From contig CAMAPH010000027.1 of NCBI GenBank assembly GCA_945859975.1, positions 1-38,481 of the forward strand: 38,481 nucleotides of DNA. Direction: 5' to 3'. The notes below the pieces were generated by a model that made no database searches, was not told the DNA's origin, and saw only the letters and a list, made by a program, of their open reading frames with translations. The first letter of the stretch is position 1. Each line of letters begins with the position of its first letter. This DNA is from Chthonomonas calidirosea (lineage in GTDB: Bacteria; Armatimonadota; Fimbriimonadia; Fimbriimonadales; Fimbriimonadaceae). Made by a program: the position numbers and the translations under genes. Positions 10,904 through 20,470 of this stretch are shown piece after piece.

Positions 10904-13900
10904 ATGAGAGGAGCACGGCGAAAGCAGACATGGACGAGTTTGCTTGCCTTCGCAACCGTATCGGTTGCATTTGGGCAAGCGCCCCAAGTCGTGCCTGATG
11001 CTCCTAGAGTTGCCCTCGGCGGAACGCCTACCGTTGATTACGTTTCGGTCCAAGCTTCCACTCCCGGATGCCCTCTTCGCTACGGCAACATCATCGCCGG
11101 GTCCGAAAGGATCGACCTCAATGGCCGCAATCTGAAAGCATCGGAGGATTACGCCATTGACTACGAGTCGGGCGTGATTTACCTGAAGGTGGCAGCGAAG
11201 GCAGGAAGCGTTCTGACCGTCGCTTACCGCTATAACGAAAAGGCAGACCCCAATGCGCCGAAGGCGGTTAAGGGGCTGGCTGGATTCAAGTTTGATCTCG
11301 TACCGGGTGGCCTGAGCTTCATGACCGGTCTCGGCGTTGCCGAGCGAGCCGGCGACGGAAGCGTGCTCATGGGCAACACCTTTGGCTTGAACAACGCGTT
11401 CAAGTTGAACGGTGGCGGAAAGCTGAGCGGCGTCTTTATGATGGGCGAGCGCTCTCAGTCCGGCAACCGAGCCGGCATGAATATGCGCGGAGACACCGGT
11501 GGTAACTCCCTCACCGATACTGGCAAGTCGCAACTCATCCTTCAGAATCTTTCGACCAAAGCGCTCGGCGGCAACGTCTCGCTGGACTACCAAGACGTCA
11601 GCAAGAACTTCACTTCATTCTCGGCCCTTGGAGATTCTGGGCTTGATGATGCCGCTATCAACCGACTGCGATCCGAACGCGGGTTGACCCGAATGGGCTT
11701 CAATGCAAACGGACTTAAGATGGGTTCGGCTTCGGTCAGCTCCTCTTTCCGAAAGGTGTCGGACGAAGCGGGAACGATTGACTGGAGAAGCTACGGAATC
11801 GCTCAGGGCGGATTTAAAGCCAATTTCAGCAGCCAGTACGTTGAGTCTGGATTTGCGCGATTTAAGGACATTGCCGAGCAAGACCGCGAGCAACTCATGC
11901 GCGAGCGGGGGATTCGACGCGAGAATTGGGCAAGTGAGTTCGCCAGCAAGACGAACAAGATCAGCTACGTCTCCTCGCGCATTGAGGACGTTGGACAAAG
12001 CAAGGCGATTGATCGTAGCGAGTTGAGCCTTTCTTCGGCGCTCGGGAAGCTGAGCTTCGGCAGCCAAAACGTTTCGAGTGCTTTTGGCCGCATGGATAGC
12101 TTGCTTGGCCAAGAGAAGGCAACCTATGGACTTGAAGCGGGGCTGAGTCGGCAGTGGACGAGTCTTAACACCTCGCTCTTCGGTAAGGCAACGGAGTTCT
12201 CGTTTGATTCGAGATCTCTGTCTTCTAACGCGGGTGCGTTCAATTCTAAGAACATCGCATTGAAGACGAAAACTTGGAGCATTGAATCCGTTGGTCGAAG
12301 CGCAGATAAAGGCTTTGCCGGCTTCAATGGGATGAACGACGCCGAGAAGGATCAGAACATTGTTCAGATCGCTCGGATGTACGGTCCGGGTTCTGCGCCG
12401 CGTCCCGAAGACCGACACTACTTTGGCCAAAGCGCTGGCGTCGATCGTAACTTTACGTCGCTCACCGCTCAACCCTTCAAAGGATGGAACCTCAACTTCT
12501 CGGAGCTGAAGCTCACGGGACAGACCGATGGTGGCTCCGTTCAATCAATGAGCGTCAATCGAGACAAGTTTGAAGCAACTTATCGGCGCCAGCAGCTTGG
12601 AGACCGATTTAGCGAACTGAATTCCTTGATGAGCTTCGAGAAGATGAAGCTTGGAAACGTTGCTGGACTTGACCGAAGTGACTTCGGGCTCAAGATGTCG
12701 CTTGGCGGCCACAAGAACTTTGCCTTCTCGCGAACTACTGCAGGCGTAGCACAGAACGGCTTTGACCGAACTTTGGGCGAGTTCAAAGATAAGAAGATCG
12801 AAGTCAAGTTCAACGCCCGTGAAGTGGACTCAAGCCTGCAATCTTTCAACGGCTTGGTTGATTCCGAGAAAGACCTGCTGATGTCTCTGCAGGGCTATCG
12901 GCAGCGCGATGCCTCGCTGAAGTGGCAGATCATGCCGAACTTCAACATCGAAGCTTTTGGCTACGACGCGGCGAGCGAAGCGCTAAACGTTGACGAACGG
13001 ATTCGCACCTACAATCTTTCTTGGTCTCCGCTGAGCAAGACGCAGGTTAACTACACCCGAAACGAGCGGTCTAGAGGCACTTCGGCCTCGACCCTGTTTG
13101 CGGAAGTGGTTGAGCGAATCTCCTTGAGCCGAGACTTCGGCAAGCTGGGGCAGATCGCGTTCCTAGACGAAAAGATTGATTTCGATGGTTCAGAAACGAA
13201 GGCGTTGGACTCGCGAAAGCAGTACATCGCTTGGCAGACGAAGCTGAACCAGAAGACAGATTTGCGAACCGCTCAAACCAACACGGATTTCCAAGACGGA
13301 ACTTCAGAAAAGGTGAGCGAGAACACGGTGTCGACGAGCGTTTCGAAGACCCTGAGCTTGAGCGTCACCGACGTTAACGTGGATCGCGAAGGCGACGAGC
13401 GCGACGAACGCCGACGCAACTATGGCTTCTGGTGGGATCTTGGAAAAGGTCTCCGCATTAGCTATGGCTACGCTCGACAGTTGGTCGGCGAGAACGTTGG
13501 ACAGCTTTCCTCAACCGTTGCAATTGGCAACACCAACGGAAACATGAATCCTGACCAGATTGGTCAGGTGCAGGGCAGCGAGTTGCAAGGTGTGCGAGTT
13601 GGCGGCGGATATGGCGTTAACCAATGGGACCAGAACGCGCGAACTCAGGCGTTCTCGAACTTTAGCCTTGCGACCGCGAAGCCGGTTCAAATGGGAATGT
13701 TCAAGGAAGTCTCGTTCCGATTCGGAATGGACCAGGCCTCGGACTACTCAACCTTCTTGCGTGAAAACCGATTGGTCAGCTTGGATGGCAAACTCGGGTC
13801 CAACAAGCTGGGCTATCAGTACGTGAGCCAAATGCACACGTCTGGAACGCGAGGCATCGATCGAATCTTCCGACTTGATACCGACATGTCGGACAAGCGA

Positions 13901-14434
13901 ATGCTCACCGCGTCGGTCTTCTACAAGGTTCGAACCTTGCCTTGGAACGACCAGATCATGGTTCGAAACTTCAACTTTGCGGTTCGACCGGCTAAGGCTC
14001 TGGAATTGGTGCATCGCATCGAAACGAATCCAGAAATCGCTCGTGCCGACGTTTTCCTCGGCTCCTTGCCGCAGGCTTCGCGAAGCAACAAGTGGGAGCT
14101 TAACTGGAAGCGCTCGAGCGCAATGACGGTTGGTGCGAACTGGCAAGAGTTGGTGAACGATCAGAACGGCGCCACGGCTCGGACGGCCGGCGTTTCGTTG
14201 GCCCTGTTCGAGAACTCGGGCAGCCCGCTCCGATTGTTCTACGGACTTGAACAGGCCGATGGAAACGTGCTTCGAAGCACCAAGAATCGATATAGCGTTC
14301 AGTTCGACCAAAGGGCCGGGCCAAACCAGTCGCTCAGTTTCTTCTTGGGCAACTTGAGCTACCAGCACCGAATCGATAACGGCTTTGACCGAAACAACTG
14401 GTCGATGCGAATGAACTACCAGCTACGATTCTAG
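10904..14434 (+). CDS. Large exported, probably outer-membrane beta-barrel protein of unknown function (SprA-like motif, internal repeats)
   Basis: Signal-peptide-like N-terminus (RRKQTWTSLLAFATVSVAFG-Q), many amphipathic beta strands, C-terminal MNYQLRF (terminal Phe, BAM-type signal). Alternative TTG start at 10892. Confidence 0.8.
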   Translation: MRGARRKQTWTSLLAFATVSVAFGQAPQVVPDAPRVALGGTPTVDYVSVQASTPGCPLRYGNIIAGSERIDLNGRNLKASEDYAIDYESGVIYLKVAAKAGSVLTVAYRYNEKADPNAPKAVKGLAGFKFDLVPGGLSFMTGLGVAERAGDGSVLMGNTFGLNNAFKLNGGGKLSGVFMMGERSQSGNRAGMNMRGDTGGNSLTDTGKSQLILQNLSTKALGGNVSLDYQDVSKNFTSFSALGDSGLDDAAINRLRSERGLTRMGFNANGLKMGSASVSSSFRKVSDEAGTIDWRSYGIAQGGFKANFSSQYVESGFARFKDIAEQDREQLMRERGIRRENWASEFASKTNKISYVSSRIEDVGQSKAIDRSELSLSSALGKLSFGSQNVSSAFGRMDSLLGQEKATYGLEAGLSRQWTSLNTSLFGKATEFSFDSRSLSSNAGAFNSKNIALKTKTWSIESVGRSADKGFAGFNGMNDAEKDQNIVQIARMYGPGSAPRPEDRHYFGQSAGVDRNFTSLTAQPFKGWNLNFSELKLTGQTDGGSVQSMSVNRDKFEATYRRQQLGDRFSELNSLMSFEKMKLGNVAGLDRSDFGLKMSLGGHKNFAFSRTTAGVAQNGFDRTLGEFKDKKIEVKFNAREVDSSLQSFNGLVDSEKDLLMSLQGYRQRDASLKWQIMPNFNIEAFGYDAASEALNVDERIRTYNLSWSPLSKTQVNYTRNERSRGTSASTLFAEVVERISLSRDFGKLGQIAFLDEKIDFDGSETKALDSRKQYIAWQTKLNQKTDLRTAQTNTDFQDGTSEKVSENTVSTSVSKTLSLSVTDVNVDREGDERDERRRNYGFWWDLGKGLRISYGYARQLVGENVGQLSSTVAIGNTNGNMNPDQIGQVQGSELQGVRVGGGYGVNQWDQNARTQAFSNFSLATAKPVQMGMFKEVSFRFGMDQASDYSTFLRENRLVSLDGKLGSNKLGYQYVSQMHTSGTRGIDRIFRLDTDMSDKRMLTASVFYKVRTLPWNDQIMVRNFNFAVRPAKALELVHRIETNPEIARADVFLGSLPQASRSNKWELNWKRSSAMTVGANWQELVNDQNGATARTAGVSLALFENSGSPLRLFYGLEQADGNVLRSTKNRYSVQFDQRAGPNQSLSFFLGNLSYQHRIDNGFDRNNWSMRMNYQLRF

Positions 14435-14460
14435 TCGCCTCAATTGGGTAGAACGCGTTG

Positions 14461-15354
14461 ATGCCCAACACTTCCTTCCCTGGTCAAGACGACGCCATCT
14501 GGATTCCAAGCGGACGCGCGACCCTTGCTGTTCCTCAAGCTTTCGGGCCAAGAATCCTTTGGTTTGGTGTGGCGGATGGAACCAACCTGCTGTACCTGGC
14601 CGACGAATCTAAGCTTCAGCTTGGCGGCGAGGGTTACCGATTCTATGGCGGCCACCGGTTGTGGATTGCACCCGAAAGCCCAGCGCGCAGTATGCAGCCC
14701 GACAACGATCCGGTAACGGTGACTGAAGTCGGTGGTGCGTTCACATTCCGCAGTCACGTTGATCAATTCGGGGTGCAAAAGTCGCTCGAAATCATGCCGC
14801 TGGGTTCGGAGTCGTACTCGGTGGTTCACACGGTGACCAACCACTCGGCTTACGATTTAGAACTAGCGGCCTGGGCACTTACGATGATGAAGTCCGGGAC
14901 AACGGTTCACTTTCCGCAACCAGAATTCGAGCGGCACGTGGATCGGCTAACGCCGAATCGTCCGCTGGTCACATGGGGTTATACAAAGATTGGAGACCCA
15001 AGATGGACCTGGGGAGACGAGATTGCGTCGCTGCGTCAAGATTCGACGCTCGGGCCGGTAAAGATCGGTACGTTCCTGATTCAGGGTTACGCCGCGGCAG
15101 AAAGCGATGGGCACTTGCTGGTGAAGAAATTTAGCGTTTCGCCGGGCGAGGCTCACACCGATCTTGGTTGCAACTTCGAGACCTTCACAAACGAGGACAT
15201 GATTGAAATCGAGACCCTAAGCCCGCTTGTGAAACTCGCGCCAGGTGAGGCGCTCGTTCATGTCGAGACGTGGCGGCTGTACATCGACACAACGCTATCC
15301 GGCACGGATGCCGAGCGTGCGAAGCAGCTTGCCGAGCTTGCGGCGGCTATTTAA
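14461..15354 (+). CDS. Hypothetical protein, DUF4380/galactose-mutarotase-like fold
   Basis: FGPRILWFG...NLL, YGGHRLWIAPE, EIETLSPLVKLAPGE..HVETW pattern recognised from this family. Confidence 0.65.
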   Translation: MPNTSFPGQDDAIWIPSGRATLAVPQAFGPRILWFGVADGTNLLYLADESKLQLGGEGYRFYGGHRLWIAPESPARSMQPDNDPVTVTEVGGAFTFRSHVDQFGVQKSLEIMPLGSESYSVVHTVTNHSAYDLELAAWALTMMKSGTTVHFPQPEFERHVDRLTPNRPLVTWGYTKIGDPRWTWGDEIASLRQDSTLGPVKIGTFLIQGYAAAESDGHLLVKKFSVSPGEAHTDLGCNFETFTNEDMIEIETLSPLVKLAPGEALVHVETWRLYIDTTLSGTDAERAKQLAELAAAI

Positions 15355-16183
15355 CGAGAGTTCGGGCCGGAACAGTCCAGCGGCCAAGGGGAGTCCCGTC
15401 GCGATTCAACCGAACGACGGCTTCCTTTGGCTTGAGGATCACGAGCTCGCCGGTTGCAGTCAGGGCGTGGATGCCCTCGTTGTGACGGCCAATCGCACTG
15501 TCAAACACGCCGGTGCTGGACTTCCGGAAGGCAAGACGGGTTACCGCCTTTGTCTTCTTGTTAGGGAAGAAGTTATCGTTGTCGAATCCAATGACGACGC
15601 CATCGGGAATGGCTGCACCGGATTCAGATTTGAACGGCAGCGGGTCATACGAATCGCTAGCTCCGGCAGAAGAGGTCTCGGCGATGATAATCGTTGTGTC
15701 CGGCGATTCGATGTTGAAGATCTTCTCCGCAGAGTAGGGAAGATACATGCCGTATGAGGCTTTGATCGTCTTTTTCGAATCGAGCGGATCTTCAACCGTG
15801 ATGATTTCATCCGGATGTGCGGATGGGCAGACAAAGCTGGCACGCGTGTTCATGTAGGGCGCCAAGTCGGAATGCCAACTGTAAATCAGGCCGCTTTCGC
15901 CGAGGCTAGGCGTTCCGTCGCCGTTGGCACGAAAGGCTGGCGGAAGGCCATCATCGTGGTCCTTAGCGTATAAGCCGAGCGCCGTGAACATTGCTTTGAA
16001 GTTTCCGACGCATTGTGCTTTTTCGCTTTTCTCTTTTCCGATTTGATAGATGGGATAGAGTGCAACTGCTAATACGGCGAGGCCAATTAGGATAATGCGC
16101 CAGTCCTTAACGGACATGTACTGACTACGGGCGGCAGCATCATCTTCTGTCGCTTGGGGATCAAATGCGGAATTCTCGCTCAT
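15347..16183 (-). CDS. Pseudopilin-like (DUF1559/H-X9-DG-type) single-TM protein with a degenerate prepilin motif
   Basis: TM helix followed by GKEKSEKAQCVGNFKAMFTALGLYAKDHDDGLP, FVCPS, SYGM and RH-X9-TG near the C-terminus. Confidence 0.7.
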   Translation of the reverse strand: MSENSAFDPQATEDDAAARSQYMSVKDWRIILIGLAVLAVALYPIYQIGKEKSEKAQCVGNFKAMFTALGLYAKDHDDGLPPAFRANGDGTPSLGESGLIYSWHSDLAPYMNTRASFVCPSAHPDEIITVEDPLDSKKTIKASYGMYLPYSAEKIFNIESPDTTIIIAETSSAGASDSYDPLPFKSESGAAIPDGVVIGFDNDNFFPNKKTKAVTRLAFRKSSTGVFDSAIGRHNEGIHALTATGELVILKPKEAVVRLNRDGTPLGRWTVPARTLVK

Positions 16184-17229
16184 TGTCGGCTCACCTTTGA
16201 TGGAGGTAGTAAGTTGAACTCTACGAGCTTCGCAGAAAGTTCCCGTTCGTTAATCAATAAATTTGTGCCGCGACCGGGTCTAACTGGCACCTGACCCATT
16301 TTGATCGTTTCCGGCTTTACTCCCCGCGCGAAGTAGGCAACGCTGGCGATCTGATCCTCTGAGAGAGAATTTCCGAGCACCTCTACCGCCTTGTCCATGA
16401 CCTGAGGGAGGCGCAACGGATCGCGCATGATTGAGTTCTTGAACGAGACCAAAAACTGCTTCTGACGATTCTGCCGTTCAAAGTCGCTGTCCCCGCCCCC
16501 GGAGTTCCCTTTGCGGAAGCGCACGTACATGAGGCTGTCATAACCGTTCAACACATGTCGGCCGGGTGCTAAGTGGATGTGGACATTCCCAGCGTTGTCG
16601 TCGTAATCCATCTTCTTGTCGACGGTGATTGGCACCCCGCCGACAATGTCCACCATCTCTTGAAAAGCTTGATAGTTGAGCACGATCGTTTTGTCGATCT
16701 TTACCCCTTTCAAAACGTGCTCAACCGCGTTTCGCATGTGCTTCGGTCCGTCCTCGGCACCGTTAACGCGGTAGTAGGCATTGATTTTTCTTGCTCGGTA
16801 GCCGGGTACTTGGGTGTACACATCCCGGGGAATGCTGATTCCAGTGATCGTGTTATCCCGGAAGTTCAGGCGGGCGACTAAGATCATGTCCGCGCGAGCA
16901 GAACCTTTTATAACCGTTCCTGGTTTGCTCACAAAGCCATCGTCGGTAAACCGTTCGACGCCGCCCCATTTTCGATCTTCATCGGTGCCAAGTACCAGCA
17001 TGGTGATACCGTCTTGGTCATTAAAAACTTCCTTTGCTGGTTTAGGCTGAAACGCTTGCGCGGCAAGCGCGCGAAACATGCGGCTCTTCATGGCCCAGCC
17101 GGCAATTGTTCCGACGCTTAGGACAACCGCCAGGAAGAGAACGTAACCAAAAACGCCGAGGGCCTTTTTCCAAGCTGGCTTTTCGTTGCCCGATTTCCGG
17201 TTGACGGTTTTTGATGGACGCTTCTTCAA
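16180..17229 (-). CDS. LCP (LytR-CpsA-Psr) family cell-envelope phosphotransferase
   Basis: N-terminal TM, MLVLGTD, RADMIL, ISIPRD, KINAYY, VDIVGGV, YVRFR, DFERQNRQ. Confidence 0.95.
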   Translation of the reverse strand: MKKRPSKTVNRKSGNEKPAWKKALGVFGYVLFLAVVLSVGTIAGWAMKSRMFRALAAQAFQPKPAKEVFNDQDGITMLVLGTDEDRKWGGVERFTDDGFVSKPGTVIKGSARADMILVARLNFRDNTITGISIPRDVYTQVPGYRARKINAYYRVNGAEDGPKHMRNAVEHVLKGVKIDKTIVLNYQAFQEMVDIVGGVPITVDKKMDYDDNAGNVHIHLAPGRHVLNGYDSLMYVRFRKGNSGGGDSDFERQNRQKQFLVSFKNSIMRDPLRLPQVMDKAVEVLGNSLSEDQIASVAYFARGVKPETIKMGQVPVRPGRGTNLLINERELSAKLVEFNLLPPSKVSRQ

Positions 17230-17277
17230 AATTGGCTCTTCATTATGACTAACTGAGTTTCGAGTTCAAAAGTGCCG

Positions 17278-18657
17278 CTAGGCTCCGGCGGCGAGGCGCG
17301 TCAGCCAGTCATCCAGCCCGGCCTTTGCGGCCTGAAGCTTCTGCTCGCGGCGCAAGCTTTTGTCCTTCAACTCGATCTCTGGGAACAAGCCCCAGTTAAT
17401 GTTCATCGGAGCAAACTCTCGCGGCGTGTCGTCGGCCAAATGCGCCATCAGAGAACCGTAGGCGGTTGATCTGGGTGGTTGTTCGATGCTCTGACCGTTC
17501 AACAGGCGGGCAACGTGTAAGCCGGTGAGGATGCCCATTGCCGCGCTTTCGACGTACCCTTCTACGCCCGTGAGCTGGCCGGTGATGAAGAGGTTCGGGA
17601 CATCGGTCATTTGGAGGATCGGGTCAAGAACTTTCGGCGCCTCGACATAGGTGTTCCGATGGATGACGCCGTAACGCACAAACTCCGCCTTTTCCATTCC
17701 GGGGACCATTTGGAAAACTCGCTTCTGCTCGCCCCACTTCAGCCGGTTTTGGCACGCTACGAGGGAGTACAGCGTCTTTTCCTTGTTCTCGGGTCGAAGC
17801 TGGAGAGCAGCGTATGGGCGGCGACCCGAGCGAGGATCGGTGAGACCCATGGGTTTGAAATTGCCAAATGCGAGCGAGCGTGGTCCCTTCTCGGCGATTG
17901 CCTCGATGGGGGTGCAACCGCTGAAGTACTTGATCTTTTCAAGGAATGGACCTTCGAGCTCATCCTGAGATGCGTCTCGCTTTCCACCCGCTTCAAAGGC
18001 GCGGATCGGCACTCTCTCGGCCGCGACGAGGGCCTCTACGAAGGCGAAGTACTCGTCCTTGTCGAAAGGACAGTTGAGGTAGTCGTCACCCTCGCCTTTG
18101 TCGTATCGGCTTTGTGCGAAGACCACGTCACGATTTAAAGATGCCGCGTCCACCGTGGGACTGACTGCATCGTAGAAGTACAGATTTGCTCGTCCGGTGA
18201 TCTGGGCGAGCCAAGCGGCTAGGTCCGGACTCGTTAGGGGCCCGGTGGCCAGAATGACCTTCTGGCCAGCATTCAGAAACGCCGTACAACCGTCAGGGGT
18301 GAACTCGGAGCGCTCAATGGTGATGAGCGGATGGGTTGAGAGGGCCTGGGTGATCGCTTGGCCAAACGCCTCTCGGTCCACGCACAGAGCTTCGCCGCCC
18401 GGGACGCGGTGCTGCGCAGCAATATCCAGCACGACCGAGCCAAGCGCTCGCATTTCATTCTTCAGTTGTCCTGCCGGGGAAGTGTCAGAGTTCGATTTCA
18501 GGGAGTTCGAACAAACGAGCTCGGCAAAAAAGTCCGTGGTGTGGGCGGGCGTTTGCACCACTGGGCGCATTTCGAACAGACGAACCGACACTCCGCGCGA
18601 TGCGAGCGCCCAAGCCGCCTCGACTCCGGCGAACCCCGCGCCGACAACTACTACCAT
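17278..18657 (-). CDS. trmFO: Methylenetetrahydrofolate--tRNA-(uracil-5-)-methyltransferase
   Basis: VGAGFAGVEAA, FEMRP, AELVCSNSL, LATGPLT, YFYDAVSP, YLNCP, GCTPIE, RYGVIHRNTY, GQLTGVEGYVES, PMNINWGL. Confidence 0.97.
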   Translation of the reverse strand: MVVVVGAGFAGVEAAWALASRGVSVRLFEMRPVVQTPAHTTDFFAELVCSNSLKSNSDTSPAGQLKNEMRALGSVVLDIAAQHRVPGGEALCVDREAFGQAITQALSTHPLITIERSEFTPDGCTAFLNAGQKVILATGPLTSPDLAAWLAQITGRANLYFYDAVSPTVDAASLNRDVVFAQSRYDKGEGDDYLNCPFDKDEYFAFVEALVAAERVPIRAFEAGGKRDASQDELEGPFLEKIKYFSGCTPIEAIAEKGPRSLAFGNFKPMGLTDPRSGRRPYAALQLRPENKEKTLYSLVACQNRLKWGEQKRVFQMVPGMEKAEFVRYGVIHRNTYVEAPKVLDPILQMTDVPNLFITGQLTGVEGYVESAAMGILTGLHVARLLNGQSIEQPPRSTAYGSLMAHLADDTPREFAPMNINWGLFPEIELKDKSLRREQKLQAAKAGLDDWLTRLAAGA

Positions 18658-18689
18658 CTCTAATCATTGTGTCGCGTAAGATGGCAACG

Positions 18690-19985
18690 ATGAAGGTTCG
18701 GCTGGAGTACGGCAAAAATGGCTTGGAGGTGGAACTACCCGACAAGAACGTCGTCGGCGTTCTTCGACTGCAAGAGGCGGTGAGAGCCGCGGATGCGGCA
18801 GAAGCAGTACGGACGGCAATTCAGAACCCGATTGGAGCCCGCCCGCTGACGGAGCTTGCGCGGGGAAAGACCGATGCGTGCATCGTTGTTTGCGACGTCA
18901 CTCGCCCCGTACCGAATCCGATCGTGCTGAGCGAGGTTCTCGATGCCCTTGAACTGGGTGGATTAGCTTCGAACAAGGTTAAGGTGCTGATCGCAACAGG
19001 AACGCATCGCCCAAATGACGAAAAGGAACTCCGGAACATGCTCGGGGACCGCGTGATGGCCGAGTGCGAAGTCATCAACCACTTTTGCACGGACACCGAC
19101 GACATGGTGCACCTCGGCGTTTCACCCAATGGCGTCCCGATTTGGCTCAACCAGCACTATGTACACGCCGATTTGAAGATCACCGCCGGGATGATCGAGC
19201 CGCACTTCATGGCGGGGTTCGCGGGTGGACGAAAGATGGTCATGCCTGGCGTGGCGGCACTGGAGACCATTCAGGCATGGCACTCGCCGCAGTTTTTAGA
19301 GGATCCACTGGCAACAAACGGAGTGATTGAGGACAACCCGGTGCACGTTGAAGCCACTTGGATCGCGAACCAATGCCGCCCAGATTTCATCGTTGATGTT
19401 GCCCTAGACAACGAGAAGAAAATCGCAAAGGTTTTTGCTGGGGACATGGAGCAAGCCTGGGAGACCGGCGTTCGGTACGTTCAAGGTCTCACTCAAGCGG
19501 AGATTGAGGGACCGATTGATATCTGCGTGACCACTTGCGGCGGACACCCGCTAGATTTGACCTACTACCAAACGGTGAAGGGAATGGTCGGCCCGTTGCC
19601 GATCGTGCGACCGGGAGGAGCGATCATCGTCGCTTCGGAGTGCTCCGAAGGCATCGGCAACCACCATTTTCGGGATGCCCTGTTCCGAGTTGGAGATATT
19701 CGGACTTGGCTTGAACGCGCGATCAGCGGGGAATGGGAGCGGGTTGCGGATCAATGGCAAATTGAGGAGCTCGCAAAAGCGGTCCGACATCACCGGGTGT
19801 ACGTGGTCGCTTCAGGGATTTCGCAAGAAGAACTCGCCCAACTTCACGTTCGGCCAGCTCCGACGGTGGAAGCGGCGGTGGAGGAATGTATGCGAGACTT
19901 TGGGCCAGAGAGCCGAATCTGCGTGATTCCGAAAGGACCGTACGTCTTACCGGTCCTGAAGTCCGTCTCTTCCTCTGATTCATAA
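18690..19985 (+). CDS. larA: Nickel-dependent lactate racemase (LarA/DUF2088) family protein
   Basis: DVTRP, ATGTHR, EPHFMAGFAGGRK, AWHS and YYQTVKG match the conserved LarA His/Lys residues. Substrate is uncertain. Confidence 0.88.
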   Translation: MKVRLEYGKNGLEVELPDKNVVGVLRLQEAVRAADAAEAVRTAIQNPIGARPLTELARGKTDACIVVCDVTRPVPNPIVLSEVLDALELGGLASNKVKVLIATGTHRPNDEKELRNMLGDRVMAECEVINHFCTDTDDMVHLGVSPNGVPIWLNQHYVHADLKITAGMIEPHFMAGFAGGRKMVMPGVAALETIQAWHSPQFLEDPLATNGVIEDNPVHVEATWIANQCRPDFIVDVALDNEKKIAKVFAGDMEQAWETGVRYVQGLTQAEIEGPIDICVTTCGGHPLDLTYYQTVKGMVGPLPIVRPGGAIIVASECSEGIGNHHFRDALFRVGDIRTWLERAISGEWERVADQWQIEELAKAVRHHRVYVVASGISQEELAQLHVRPAPTVEAAVEECMRDFGPESRICVIPKGPYVLPVLKSVSSSDS

Positions 19986-20470
19986 TGACCGCAATGCTGG
20001 AGCGCCCGAGCTGGGACGCCTATTTCATGCAGATCGCCCACCTCGTGGCTACGCGGGCCACGTGTCCTCGGCGGTCGGTAGGCGCACTGATTGTCAAAGA
20101 TCGACACATTTTGGCGACTGGCTATAACGGCGCCCCATCGGGCTTAACCCACTGCCCGGAAGATGGCGGAATCAACGACTGGCCGAAGGGTTGCCTGCGC
20201 GCGGGGCACTGCATTCGCTCTCTGCATGCCGAACAAAACGCCCTGCTACAAGCGGCAAAGTTTGGAATTTCTTGCGACGGTGCGACAATGTACGTGACCT
20301 GCCAGCCCTGCAACGCTTGCGCGAAGATGGTCATCAACGGCGGCATCAATCGAGTGATTTATGAGGGTGACTATCCAGACGACTTTAGCAAGGAGCTTTT
20401 CCGAGAGTCGAAAATGGAAGTCCTGCGATTTCGTGACGGGGAACTGGAGCCGGTGGATTTGAATGTTTGA
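19985..20470 (+). CDS. Deoxycytidylate deaminase / ComEB family protein
   Basis: RPSWDAYFM, RATC.RRSVGA, TGYNG, HAEQNA, PC..C zinc motif. Confidence 0.93.
   Translation: MTAMLERPSWDAYFMQIAHLVATRATCPRRSVGALIVKDRHILATGYNGAPSGLTHCPEDGGINDWPKGCLRAGHCIRSLHAEQNALLQAAKFGISCDGATMYVTCQPCNACAKMVINGGINRVIYEGDYPDDFSKELFRESKMEVLRFRDGELEPVDLNV

Noticed and set aside
11615..12544. 309-aa antisense ORF (and similar ORFs at 10898-11593, 13748-14368, 21640-22254, 31374-32009)
   Set aside because: These are shadow frames opposite well-supported genes, with no motifs or translation signals.
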